Shown here one piece after another: positions 20,253 through 29,845 of a stretch of DNA of 64,000 nt. The position numbers and the translations under genes were made by a program. The DNA comes from Candidatus Omnitrophota bacterium (GTDB lineage: Bacteria; Omnitrophota; Gorgyraeia; Duberdicusellales; 4484-171), in NCBI GenBank assembly GCA_024231025.1, contig JAAEQW010000274.1, forward strand, positions 1,615-65,614, in the 5' to 3' direction. The notes beneath the pieces are model-generated. The model searched no databases. It saw only the letters and a list, made by a program, of their open reading frames with translations, and was not told where the DNA came from. The number at the start of each line of letters is the position of its first letter. Positions within the stretch are counted from its first letter, which is position 1.

Positions 20253-20936
20253 TTATCCCGCATCTTGCTTCTTTTTGCTAAATTTCCCTTTCATAATAAA
20301 AACCACAATACAAGCAAAAACAGTATATAAAAAATACCAGGTAAAGACAAGCGGATTATTTAAAAAATACTCTGTCATTTTTTCTATAGATAGCGACTTT
20401 ACCGATGCCAGCGGGTATTGAATCCAGAAAATTCTCGGCGGTGAGGCCAAAAGAACTATCAGAAAATATTTTCTAAATCGCACCTTGCTTAAACCAAAAC
20501 TAAGGTCCAAAACTCTATAGGGGATAAAAGGAATGGCGCGAAGCAAAAACATCCAACCAAAACTGAAATCCTCCAGCTTCTCATAAAACCCTTTAAACCG
20601 ACCTCTTAATGATTTTTCTACAAAATCCTTGCCTAAAAATTTGCTTACATTAAAAAATAGATAAGCATTAATAATTTCCGCAACATAAATAAGCGCAGTG
20701 CTAAGAAAAGCACCAAACACTATTGCGCCCACAACTTTTAATGGATCCTTTAAATACCAGATCAAAAAAGTACCAACAACATAAATAAAAATAAAAGCAA
20801 GACATGCCCAACCAATCGGCACCTTATCAAGGAAATCATCAATTTTCGCGGCGTCAATAGAAAAGTACTTCCCCAATCCAAAGAGAACGGCTAACAGTCC
20901 AATAAATATGATAAATCGAAATTGTGGTTTTTTCAT
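20253..20936 (-). CDS. VTT/DedA (TVP38/TMEM64-like) membrane protein
   Basis: LLRAIPFIP motif; multiple TMs. Confidence 0.8.
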   Translation of the reverse strand: MKKPQFRFIIFIGLLAVLFGLGKYFSIDAAKIDDFLDKVPIGWACLAFIFIYVVGTFLIWYLKDPLKVVGAIVFGAFLSTALIYVAEIINAYLFFNVSKFLGKDFVEKSLRGRFKGFYEKLEDFSFGWMFLLRAIPFIPYRVLDLSFGLSKVRFRKYFLIVLLASPPRIFWIQYPLASVKSLSIEKMTEYFLNNPLVFTWYFLYTVFACIVVFIMKGKFSKKKQDAG

Positions 20937-20942
20937 TTTGCC

Positions 20943-21980
20943 CTAACGAAAAGACACCGGTAGCGTCCCTCTACTTAGTTGACCGCAGGCGGCTTTGATG
21001 TCCCGGCCCTTAGGCTTTCTTACTGTAAAGAAAACTCCCTGCTTTTTTAGTTCTTCACTGAAAGAAAAGACTTCCTTTTCCGTTGGAGGCCTTAAATCCG
21101 CACCGCACTCGTTATATGGAATTAAATTGACTTTACACTTTATTCCTCGCAATAATCTGGCAAGCTTTAAAGCATGTCCTCTTGCGGTATTTAGGCCTGC
21201 GATTAATACATACTCAAAGGTAATTTCTTGTTTTTGGTTTTGTTGAAAACGGTTCAGTGAATTGAACAATACTCTTAAAGGGTACCTTTTATTAATCGGC
21301 ATAATTTTGCTACGGGTAATATCATCGGCTGCATGCAAAGATACAGAAAGCTTAATGCCCAAATCTAATTTAGCTAGCCTTTCTATTTCGCGAGTGAGTC
21401 CGCAGGTAGAAATAGAAATTCTTCTTTTGGAAAATCCAAATCCTTTAGGATTAATTAAAAGTCGAATTGCCTTAATAGTGTTTATAAAATTGTCTAGCGG
21501 CTCTCCAACGCCCATAAACACAATATTTGTAATTTTACTTGCCCCGGCCAAATCCACTACTGCCAAATATTGATTGATAATCTCTGCGCAAGATAAATTG
21601 CGCTTGAAACCACCTTTGCCGCTAAAGCAAAATTTACAGCCAAATTTGCAACCAACCTGACTCGATACGCAAAAAGTTAAACGCCTACCTTCAGGAATTA
21701 ATGCCGCCTCAACAAAATTATTATCGGCTAAAGCAAACAATAATTTTTCCGTTCCGTCTTTAGATACCTCTCTTTTTTTTAGTTCAATCTTTGAAAGGAA
21801 AAAGTTTTTCGCCAAAATCTGGCGAGTTTTTTTTGCTAAATTGCTCATTTGATCAAACTCTTCAACCCTTTTTTGATATAACCAAGAAAATATCTGAGAT
21901 CCACAATAGGAGGGAAGGTTGTTTTCTTTTAAAAAACCTTCAAACTTTTTGAGAGTGTAATTTTTGATATCTTGCTTCAT
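20943..21980 (-). CDS. rlmN: 23S rRNA/tRNA m2A methyltransferase RlmN
   Basis: CVSSQVGCKFGCKFC, MGVGEP, SLHA and DIKAACGQL. Confidence 0.96.
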   Translation of the reverse strand: MKQDIKNYTLKKFEGFLKENNLPSYCGSQIFSWLYQKRVEEFDQMSNLAKKTRQILAKNFFLSKIELKKREVSKDGTEKLLFALADNNFVEAALIPEGRRLTFCVSSQVGCKFGCKFCFSGKGGFKRNLSCAEIINQYLAVVDLAGASKITNIVFMGVGEPLDNFINTIKAIRLLINPKGFGFSKRRISISTCGLTREIERLAKLDLGIKLSVSLHAADDITRSKIMPINKRYPLRVLFNSLNRFQQNQKQEITFEYVLIAGLNTARGHALKLARLLRGIKCKVNLIPYNECGADLRPPTEKEVFSFSEELKKQGVFFTVRKPKGRDIKAACGQLSRGTLPVSFR

Positions 21981-22088
21981 TGCACTAACATTATAGTCGC
22001 CTGTCTCCTTTTAAACAAGAAAAAATGACTACAGGCGCTGCGTTTCAAAATCCTTTTATTTTCCTCTGATTTATACTATAATCTACTG

Positions 22089-22865
22089 ATGCCTGAATAT
22101 AACTACCAAATACATTCCAACATTAAAAACATTGCCCCCATTTTGAATGAGCTTGAGGCTAAGTGGAAAGGCTTTGGGATAGATGAAAAAATTATATTTC
22201 AGCTGCGCTTGTCGACTGAGGAATTGATCGTCAATGCCATAAAGCACGGCAACAAGTCTTGCGAAGAGTTATTGATAAAAATAGTTTGTCGTATTTTCGC
22301 TGATAAAATTGAATTAGAAATTGTCGACAAAGGCAGTGGCTTTGACCATGCAAGCTTGCCTAATCCGACTGCAAAAGAAAATTTAGAAAAAAGAAGTGGG
22401 CGAGGCGTTTTTCTTGTAAAACAATTTATGGATAAAATAGAGTTTCTTGAAGGTGGCCGACGAATAAAAATAATTAAAATCACAGACATCCGCGATATTA
22501 GCAATACCGCTGAAATGCCAAAGGAGGGAAAAATGATTATATCGAAAGAAGTTACAGGCAACATCACTATATGTAAAATTGACGGTGAAATAAATATTGA
22601 TAATTCTTACGAACTACGCAAAACCTTTGAGGATCTAACAAAAGAAGGAAGCAGAAAAGTAATTGTTAACTTCTCCGCTTTAAACTACATTGACAGCTCC
22701 GGCCTTGCAACATTAATTGAAATGTTTCAACGTCTTAAAAAGATCGATGGCGCTCTTCGAATATGTTCACTAAATGACAAGGTGAAAAGCGTATTCGAAA
22801 TAACTAAACTAAATACTCTTTTCCCGGTTTATGATAGTTTAGAAAGTGCTCAGGAGGGCTTTTAA
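22089..22865 (+). CDS. RsbW-like Ser kinase (HATPase_c) fused to a STAS anti-anti-sigma domain
   Basis: ELIVNAIKHGN, DKGSGFD and GRGVFLV, then YIDSSGLATL; internal AAGGAGG plus in-frame ATG at 22533. Confidence 0.9.
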   Translation: MPEYNYQIHSNIKNIAPILNELEAKWKGFGIDEKIIFQLRLSTEELIVNAIKHGNKSCEELLIKIVCRIFADKIELEIVDKGSGFDHASLPNPTAKENLEKRSGRGVFLVKQFMDKIEFLEGGRRIKIIKITDIRDISNTAEMPKEGKMIISKEVTGNITICKIDGEINIDNSYELRKTFEDLTKEGSRKVIVNFSALNYIDSSGLATLIEMFQRLKKIDGALRICSLNDKVKSVFEITKLNTLFPVYDSLESAQEGF

Positions 22866-23653
22866 TGGTCTCTGGAATTGGCGCTTTTACAATTTCCTGC
22901 CTTAAAGAAACAGCGCAGGTACTAAAGCTTCTTCGAGAAATCCTCTACTGGATATTTATTGCTCCTTTTAAAGGTAAACCGCTAAAGATAAAATTAATCT
23001 TTGATCAAATGATTTTTTCTGGTTGGCATTCTACGCTCATCGTTTTTTTCGTAACTATGTTTACCGGTATAGTTCTTGCGATGCAAGCTGCTTACCAACT
23101 AGAAAAAATGGGTGCTTTAATGTATGTTGCTTCTCTTGTCGCTGTATCGCTATGCCGCGAGTTGAGCCCAGTTTTAACCGCGCTTGTTGTTGGAGGGCGT
23201 GTTGGTTCTGCAATCGCAGCTGAACTGGGCACAATGAAAGTAAGTGAGCAAATTGAGGCCTTAGAAACGATGGCGATAAACCCGGTAAAATTTTTGGCAG
23301 TTCCGCGCTTTATTGCGCTATTTTTTATGCTTCCGGTATTAACAATTTTTGGAGACGCAGCCGGAATCTTTGGCGGATATTTAATGGGTGTTCACAGTTT
23401 AAAAATTAACCCTGCCCTATACACACAAATCACTTTCAAATTCTTATTGCTGAAAGATATCTACACTGGACTTGCAAAATCATTCGTATTCGCAATGATT
23501 ATCGCTTTAATCGGTTGTCGACAAGGGCTTAATACCCGAGGCGGCGCAGAAGGTGTTGGAAAAGCCACCACCAATAGTGTAGTATTAAGTTTTATCTTCA
23601 TTATTCTGGCAGATTGCATAATTACAGGCATTTTTTATTTCTCAAACATGTAA
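22865..23653 (+). CDS. mlaE: MlaE-family ABC permease
   Basis: RELSPVLTAL..GRVGSAIAAELGTMKVSEQIEAL and GAEGVGKATT. Confidence 0.93.
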   Translation: MVSGIGAFTISCLKETAQVLKLLREILYWIFIAPFKGKPLKIKLIFDQMIFSGWHSTLIVFFVTMFTGIVLAMQAAYQLEKMGALMYVASLVAVSLCRELSPVLTALVVGGRVGSAIAAELGTMKVSEQIEALETMAINPVKFLAVPRFIALFFMLPVLTIFGDAAGIFGGYLMGVHSLKINPALYTQITFKFLLLKDIYTGLAKSFVFAMIIALIGCRQGLNTRGGAEGVGKATTNSVVLSFIFIILADCIITGIFYFSNM

Positions 23654-24439
23654 ATGGAAAAAGATATTATAATTTCATTAAACGGAATAAACAAAACTTT
23701 TGGCAATCGTCATATCCTAAAAAATATCTCTTTAGATATTTATAAAGGTGAGACTTTCGTAATCATGGGGTGTTCCGGATCAGGAAAAAGCACGCTTTTG
23801 CGCACCATAACCGGCGCAATAAAACCCGATACCGGCAAACTACATATCAAAAATAAAAACATTTTGGAATTAAATAACCACGAGTTTGACAAAATTCGCC
23901 GCGATTTTGGAATGCTTTTTCAATATTCTGCACTATTAGATTCACTAACGATTGAGGAGAATGTTGCATTGCCAATCAGAGAGCACACTAAATTGGCTGA
24001 TGAAATTATTAAAATCATAGTAAAACTTAAACTATCTTTAACTGGATTAAAAAATTTTGAGCATCACCATCCTTCTGAAATATCCGGAGGAATGCGCAAA
24101 AGAGTAGGCCTTGCCCGTGCGATCGCTCTTGATCCGGATATAGTTTTTTATGATGAACCAACTTCTGGACTTGATCCGATAGTAGCAGCGGTTATTGACA
24201 AGCTGATTAAAGATCTCAGTAAAAAATTACTGATTACTTCGGTAGTTGTAACCCATGACATGCAAAGTGTATTTAAAATAGCTGACCGAATAGCTATGAT
24301 CCATCAGGGTGAAGTAATTGCAATTGGAACACCGAGTGAAATACAAAAGTCAAATAACGCGCTGGTTCAACAATTCATCAACGGTCAAGTTCAAGGTCCA
24401 ATAGATTTTTTCAAAAACACAGAACTATTTAAAATATAG
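23654..24439 (+). CDS. mlaF: MlaF-family ABC ATPase
   Basis: GCSGSGKS, SGGMRKRVGLARA and YDEPTSGLDP. Confidence 0.93.
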   Translation: MEKDIIISLNGINKTFGNRHILKNISLDIYKGETFVIMGCSGSGKSTLLRTITGAIKPDTGKLHIKNKNILELNNHEFDKIRRDFGMLFQYSALLDSLTIEENVALPIREHTKLADEIIKIIVKLKLSLTGLKNFEHHHPSEISGGMRKRVGLARAIALDPDIVFYDEPTSGLDPIVAAVIDKLIKDLSKKLLITSVVVTHDMQSVFKIADRIAMIHQGEVIAIGTPSEIQKSNNALVQQFINGQVQGPIDFFKNTELFKI

Positions 24440-24458
24440 TGCAGGGAGGTTAAATAAA

Positions 24459-25109
24459 ATGAAGAAATATGGCAACGAATTTAAAATTGGAATTATTGTT
24501 TGTGTCGCCTTGCTGGTGCTCGGCTACATGACGATAAAAGCCGGAGATTTTTCTTTTAAAACGGAGGGCTATCATGTTTATGTGTCTTTTGATGATGTCG
24601 CAGGATTAGAAAAAAATGCCCCAGTGCGATTGCGAGGAGTTGAAGTAGGAAACGTAGAGGACATTGGATTAAACTACGACAATCATTGCACAAAAATCTT
24701 ATTAACGCTTTGGATTGATGCAAAATTCAAAATAAGAGGCGCGCCAATCGCATATATTCGCTCCTTGGGATTAATGGGAGAAAAATATATTCAGCTTATA
24801 GACGAAAAAAATAGCGACACTTTCTTAAAACCCGCCACAATTGTGAGCGGAAAAACACCAGGAGATTTCGAAAAACTTATGGATTCCGCTGAAGTAATCG
24901 CAAAAAATACCAATGAATTAATTTTAGAAGCAAGATCTGTTGCTCAAAATATAAACCTCTTATTAACGAATAATGAAAAGACCATCACCAAAACAGTACA
25001 GCACCTCGAAAGTGCTTCCTGCAACTTTAATGAATTCAGCGAAGATTTAAGGCGTAACCCCTGGAAATTGCTTTTTAAAGCCAAAGAAAAGAAAAAAAAT
25101 GAAAAATAA
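24459..25109 (+). CDS. mlaD: MlaD/MCE-domain protein
   Basis: N-terminal TM, GLEKNAPVRLRGVEVG, GLMGEKYI and a helical tail. Confidence 0.9.
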   Translation: MKKYGNEFKIGIIVCVALLVLGYMTIKAGDFSFKTEGYHVYVSFDDVAGLEKNAPVRLRGVEVGNVEDIGLNYDNHCTKILLTLWIDAKFKIRGAPIAYIRSLGLMGEKYIQLIDEKNSDTFLKPATIVSGKTPGDFEKLMDSAEVIAKNTNELILEARSVAQNINLLLTNNEKTITKTVQHLESASCNFNEFSEDLRRNPWKLLFKAKEKKKNEK

Positions 25110-26367
25110 ACATAATCTATCTCCAACTTTCATAGATGCCTCTTCTTTACTGGTATCCACCTTGGACGCTAAAGAAATTCTCCCTAGAGCAATGGAGATA
25201 ATCAAGGATCTTCTTGGTTGCGAAACCGCAAGTATAATGCTGGTTAATCAAAGAGAAAAAAAATTAACCTTTGAAGTTGCCTTAGGAGAAAAAGGTGAGG
25301 CAATCAAGCAAATCAGCCTTCCCCTTGGAAAAGGCATTGCCGGTAAGGTCGCATTATCCCAAAAACCAAAACTAGTTAAAAATGTTGAAAAATGTGCCGA
25401 GTTTGATAAAAGCTTTGATGAGAAAAGCGGCTTCCAGACCAAAAGCATTCTTTGTGTGCCAATAATATTTAAGGGTATAACTATCGGTGTTGCCCAAGCT
25501 ATAAACCCGTGTAAAAAAAATACCTTTGACGAGAATGACCTATATCTTCTCTCGTTATTTTGCAACCAAGTTGCTCTCGCAATTGAAAGTGCACGCCTTC
25601 ACGAGCGTATTCTTACTCAACGCCACCTTGAAGACGAATTAAATTTCGCCCGAACAATCCAACAAAGCTTTCTACCTCAAGATTTTCCTGAGACTAAGCA
25701 ATTCGCCTTCTACGGGATGAACGCGCCAGCGCGTAAGGTTGGCGGTGATTTCTATGATTTTTTCGTTCTAGATGAAGATCGAATCGGATTTACTATCGGA
25801 GACGTATCCGGTAAAGGAATACCGGCCGCTTTATTTATGGCAAAAATTTTAAGCCAGATTAAAATTATTTCTCAGAAAAAAAATAATTTGTTAAATCCGG
25901 CTATGGTTTTAGAAGAGCTTAACTCGTCTCTTCTAGAACGCCATTCTGATAACATGTTCGTTACTTTAATTTATGGCATATTCTCGCCAAAGAAAAAAAC
26001 AATAACTTTAGCCAGCGCTGCGCATCCCTATCCATTTCTTTACAGCAACAAGCAGAGCAAATGGGAAAACCTGCATATCAACAATGGCCTACCGCTAGGA
26101 GTAGTTAATGACACGCGATACACCTCGCAAGAAATAAAATTAGCCGATGAAGATATTTTGGTATTTTTTACTGACGGGATACTGGAAGCAGACAACGCCC
26201 AGGGAAACCCTTTTATCCCTTATATATTTTCCCAAATATCTGCACAAGGCTGCATTCGAACACTTGCCAAAACTATACTGACGGAATTAAAGGATTTTGT
26301 AACTTCTTCACATTCATTTGATGATGTAACTCTTCTTATAATCAAGTGCAAAGGCCAAAGCAGTTAA
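25099..26367 (+). CDS. GAF + SpoIIE/PP2C phosphatase (RsbU-like)
   Basis: GAF domain, then VGGDFYD, GDVSGKG, FTDG and DDVT. Confidence 0.93.
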   Translation: MKNKHNLSPTFIDASSLLVSTLDAKEILPRAMEIIKDLLGCETASIMLVNQREKKLTFEVALGEKGEAIKQISLPLGKGIAGKVALSQKPKLVKNVEKCAEFDKSFDEKSGFQTKSILCVPIIFKGITIGVAQAINPCKKNTFDENDLYLLSLFCNQVALAIESARLHERILTQRHLEDELNFARTIQQSFLPQDFPETKQFAFYGMNAPARKVGGDFYDFFVLDEDRIGFTIGDVSGKGIPAALFMAKILSQIKIISQKKNNLLNPAMVLEELNSSLLERHSDNMFVTLIYGIFSPKKKTITLASAAHPYPFLYSNKQSKWENLHINNGLPLGVVNDTRYTSQEIKLADEDILVFFTDGILEADNAQGNPFIPYIFSQISAQGCIRTLAKTILTELKDFVTSSHSFDDVTLLIIKCKGQSS

Positions 26368-26891
26368 ACATTCTGCCCAGACTTAACAGAAAAGATTACA
26401 TCTTTAAGGAAAGCTTTCTCAGCTAAAGCTAGCTTGTAATGATGATCTAACAAAAGAGTTAGGTTGCGGGGTGATCTTTTTAGCTCTTCTTTTTTTTCTA
26501 TCAACCATTCTTTTACTTTTTCTAAAAAACGTAGACGCAAACGCAAAAGAGGCATAATTTCTTTTTTATCTAAAAAGGGTAAAAAATATAACGCTATGTC
26601 CAGCTCAATAAATGGCCGCCGCTGAGAAAGAAAAGCCTGCTTGCAAAGACTTAAGAAGATTTTTTCTCCTTTTGGCGTAATCGAATAAAGATATTTTTTT
26701 ATATGCTTGGAACTTTTTGGCTCCTTCTTTTTGATTAACCCTTCTTTTTCCATCTTTCGCAACGGATAATATATAGATTGGGTTTCTGGTTTAGAAAAAA
26801 TACCCAGCTCTTGACTGATAAATTTCTTAATATCGTACCCGGAAGAGGGGTTCTTCTTTAAAAGACCTAGGATTATGAGATTTTGAATCAT
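26364..26891 (-). CDS. PadR-family transcriptional regulator
   Basis: ILGLL...GYDIKK, IYYPLRKMEKEGLI and YSITPKG. Confidence 0.88.
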   Translation of the reverse strand: MIQNLIILGLLKKNPSSGYDIKKFISQELGIFSKPETQSIYYPLRKMEKEGLIKKKEPKSSKHIKKYLYSITPKGEKIFLSLCKQAFLSQRRPFIELDIALYFLPFLDKKEIMPLLRLRLRFLEKVKEWLIEKKEELKRSPRNLTLLLDHHYKLALAEKAFLKDVIFSVKSGQNV

Positions 26892-27841
26892 TCTTGGAAA
26901 ACGCCCATTTTTCTAAATTTTTCATACCGCTGAGTGAGCATGTCTTCTGTGGATAACGATGAAACTTCATCTAAACTTTTAATTAAAGCTTTTTTCAAAT
27001 TATCAGCAGTTAATTCATAGTCACGATGAGCACCGCCTTGTGGTTCAGACACAACGCCATCAATAATGCCGAGTTTTAACAAATCAGAACCGGTAAGTTT
27101 TAGAACTTTTGCAGCTTCCTCTCTCATGGACGCATCTTTCCAAAGAATGGCCGCACACCCTTCCGGTGAAATAACTGAATAATACGCATACTCCATAAGC
27201 ATAACCCGATCACCTACGCCAATACCCAAAGCACCACCAGAACCCCCTTCGCCAATTATTGTAACAATTATCGGCGATTTTAAGGCAAACATATCTCTTA
27301 TGTTTTCGGCAATCGCCTGAGCCTGGCCTCTTTCTTCAGCGCCAATTCCAGGATATGCGCCAGGAGTATCAACCAAGCAAATGATCGGCATACCAAAACG
27401 CTCTCCCAACTGCATAATCCTCATTGCCTTACGATATCCCTCTGGATGGGCACAGCCAAAATTTCTTTCAATATTCTCTTTAGTGTCTCTACCCTTTTGA
27501 TGGCCAATAACAACAACTTTTCTACCATCAAGCTTGGCAAAACCACAGATAATGGCCTTATCATCGCCATAAAGTCTATCTCCATGCAAAAACACAAAAT
27601 CATCAGTGATTATATCTATATAGTCCTGTGTTGTTGGGCGCTTAGGATGACGAGAAATCTGAATTCTTTGCCAAGGAGTCAGCTTGGAATACACTTCTTT
27701 TTTTAGAATACTTAGCTTCTTATCTAAATTTTTTATTTCCGCAGAAAGATTAACACCTTTATCGCTAGAAAATTTTTTTAATTCTTCTATCTTATCTTCT
27801 AGCTCCACAACTGGTTTTTCAAAATCCCAACCTTGCATCAT
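26888..27841 (-). CDS. accA: Acetyl-CoA carboxylase carboxyltransferase alpha subunit
   Basis: HPEGYRKA, DTPGAYPGIGAEERGQ and GEGGSGGAL. Confidence 0.97.
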   Translation of the reverse strand: MMQGWDFEKPVVELEDKIEELKKFSSDKGVNLSAEIKNLDKKLSILKKEVYSKLTPWQRIQISRHPKRPTTQDYIDIITDDFVFLHGDRLYGDDKAIICGFAKLDGRKVVVIGHQKGRDTKENIERNFGCAHPEGYRKAMRIMQLGERFGMPIICLVDTPGAYPGIGAEERGQAQAIAENIRDMFALKSPIIVTIIGEGGSGGALGIGVGDRVMLMEYAYYSVISPEGCAAILWKDASMREEAAKVLKLTGSDLLKLGIIDGVVSEPQGGAHRDYELTADNLKKALIKSLDEVSSLSTEDMLTQRYEKFRKMGVFQE

Positions 27842-27843
27842 AG

Positions 27844-28644
27844 TTAATCCACTACCGTTGCTTCTGTCCCTATTGGAACAATGTCATATAATTCTTCTAC
27901 TTCATCGTTGCGCATCCGCACACACCCCAAGGTAACTTGCTGCCCCAACATTTCTGGCTCTGTTGTGCCATGTATTCCATAACCTTTAATATCAAACCCG
28001 AGCCAACGCGAACCTAAAATATTTTCCGGACTATCCGGAGGAATAACCGCACCCGTTTTAAACCAAGTCGGACGAGAAAGTTTATTAACAATCTTGAAAG
28101 TTCCTATCGGGGTGCTATTGTTTTTTCCAGTTGATATAATATATGTTTTTATTACCTCTCCATCGCGTTTAAGAAAAAGTAAATTTTGCGACTTATCCAC
28201 CGCAACAGAAAAAGTTGAAGTTATCACTTTTAGTTTTTGTCCCGGTTTAATTATGTCGGATTCTAAGTGGTTTACTCTTTTGATCAACCCCACAGTTGTT
28301 CCATATTTTCTGGCAATTTTCGACAAGGCATCGTTAGGCCTAACAACATATTCTGTGCTTGCTTCGCCAACATTAGCCGAAAAAAGAAGCTGCATATTGA
28401 TTTCTTCTATTTTATTCTGCGCGTCTTTAAACTTTTTCGGATCGTTGATTTTTTCCAAAGCATTTTTATACATATCTTTTGCATCTGTGAGATTCCCCTC
28501 GGCAAGTTGATCGTCTGCTTTTTTTAATGAAAAACTCTTACGCACCGATGCTGACTTTTCGGTTTTTGACCCTCTAGACAATAAAACAACTACACCGACT
28601 AAAACCACAACTCCAATAATAATAAATATCTGTTGTTTTTTCAT
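27844..28644 (-). CDS. LysM + YkuD L,D-transpeptidase
   Basis: LysM (YVVRPNDALSKIA), then YGIHGT...TLGCVRM. Confidence 0.92.
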   Translation of the reverse strand: MKKQQIFIIIGVVVLVGVVVLLSRGSKTEKSASVRKSFSLKKADDQLAEGNLTDAKDMYKNALEKINDPKKFKDAQNKIEEINMQLLFSANVGEASTEYVVRPNDALSKIARKYGTTVGLIKRVNHLESDIIKPGQKLKVITSTFSVAVDKSQNLLFLKRDGEVIKTYIISTGKNNSTPIGTFKIVNKLSRPTWFKTGAVIPPDSPENILGSRWLGFDIKGYGIHGTTEPEMLGQQVTLGCVRMRNDEVEELYDIVPIGTEATVVD

Positions 28645-28690
28645 GACAGCTCCTTGTTTACTCTGTTAAAGCCTAACGGTCTAACGGAGT

Positions 28691-29146
28691 TTATCTATAA
28701 AACATCATCGGAATGATTACTCCAATCAAAGCTCCAACAAAAACCTCAACGGGAGTATGCCCCACAAGCTCTTTGAGCTTGGTATCTTCGATTGCCCGAC
28801 CTTCCTGAATATCATCCATTATTCTATTAAGAATTTTTGCCTGCACTCCTATGGAACGACGCCAAGTTTGCGCATCAAACATAGTTACTAGAGCAAAAAT
28901 GCAAGCTAAAGCAAAAAATGGCGAAGAAAATCCAAGTTCTGCACCAAGACAAACAGCTAAGGCCGTTACAGCCGAACTATGAGAAGAGGGCATCCCTCCT
29001 GTGCCTAAAAGCCAAGAAAAATTAAACCTTTTTTCTTTAATGACCCCTCGAACAATCTTAGCACCTTGAGCAATCACCCAACTCAAAAATGAAACCCAAA
29101 TAACCTTATTTTTAAATATTTCCGACCAAAAATCACTCATATTCAC
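28691..29146 (-). CDS. Divergent PAP2 family protein (DUF212)
   Basis: GGMPSSHS and LVGHTPVEV. Confidence 0.9.
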   Translation of the reverse strand: MNMSDFWSEIFKNKVIWVSFLSWVIAQGAKIVRGVIKEKRFNFSWLLGTGGMPSSHSSAVTALAVCLGAELGFSSPFFALACIFALVTMFDAQTWRRSIGVQAKILNRIMDDIQEGRAIEDTKLKELVGHTPVEVFVGALIGVIIPMMFYR

Positions 29147-29287
29147 CTATTATTTCGAATAAACGGGATAATTAGCTACCATTATAAGGAAAAAAGGTAG
29201 TTTGGCAATAAAATACTTTACCCCCTGTTGCAAAATGATCCCAGCACCTGATTCCAATCACTGTGATCTTTCCCTAATCCCCGTAAT

Positions 29288-29318
29288 CAGGGACTGTTGT
29301 ATTTTACAACAGTCCCTG
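29288..29318. repeat. Perfect 14-bp inverted repeat (terminator or GGGAC-type REP)
   Basis: CAGGGACTGTTGTA-TTT-TACAACAGTCCCTG. Confidence 0.65.
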
Positions 29319-29341
29319 TGTTATCACAAACAAAAAAAATG

Positions 29342-29800
29342 TTAATTGCTGAATACAAAATCAACCGCGTCTCCTACCTTAAGCCCTATTTTTTCAACAG
29401 TTTTTGCGTTTACTTCCAGCACATATTTAGCTAAAACGTCGGGATTTATTTGAGGGCAAATCCCCTCTTGGCAAGGACGCGCGTTTTCTTTAATAGCCAC
29501 AACAGTTTTTTCACTATTAAGCCAGATTATATCAAGCGGAATCAGCGTATTTTTCATCCAAAAGGAGCGCGATGCTTGATCATCATACAAAAAAAGCATT
29601 CCTCTATTTTCCTCGAGCTGGGATCTAAACATAAGCCCTCGACGCTGGGCCGCTTGCGTTTTTGCAAGTTCAACATAGAAACAATTATCCCCAAAGCAAA
29701 CTTTCGATTCTTGAGCAAAAAGCGATTGAAAAGAAACTGTCGCTGTTGACAGAAGAATTATTCCGTATACCAAATAATGTAGTCTTTGCAAGCCAAACAT
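29342..29800 (-). CDS. DUF192 family exported protein
   Basis: RGLMFR, GMLF, FWMKNTLIPLDI and VLEVNA. Confidence 0.9.
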   Translation of the reverse strand: MFGLQRLHYLVYGIILLSTATVSFQSLFAQESKVCFGDNCFYVELAKTQAAQRRGLMFRSQLEENRGMLFLYDDQASRSFWMKNTLIPLDIIWLNSEKTVVAIKENARPCQEGICPQINPDVLAKYVLEVNAKTVEKIGLKVGDAVDFVFSN

Positions 29801-29845
29801 ACTATATATCGTGTATAAATTATTTTATGTTAACTTTTTTATGGT

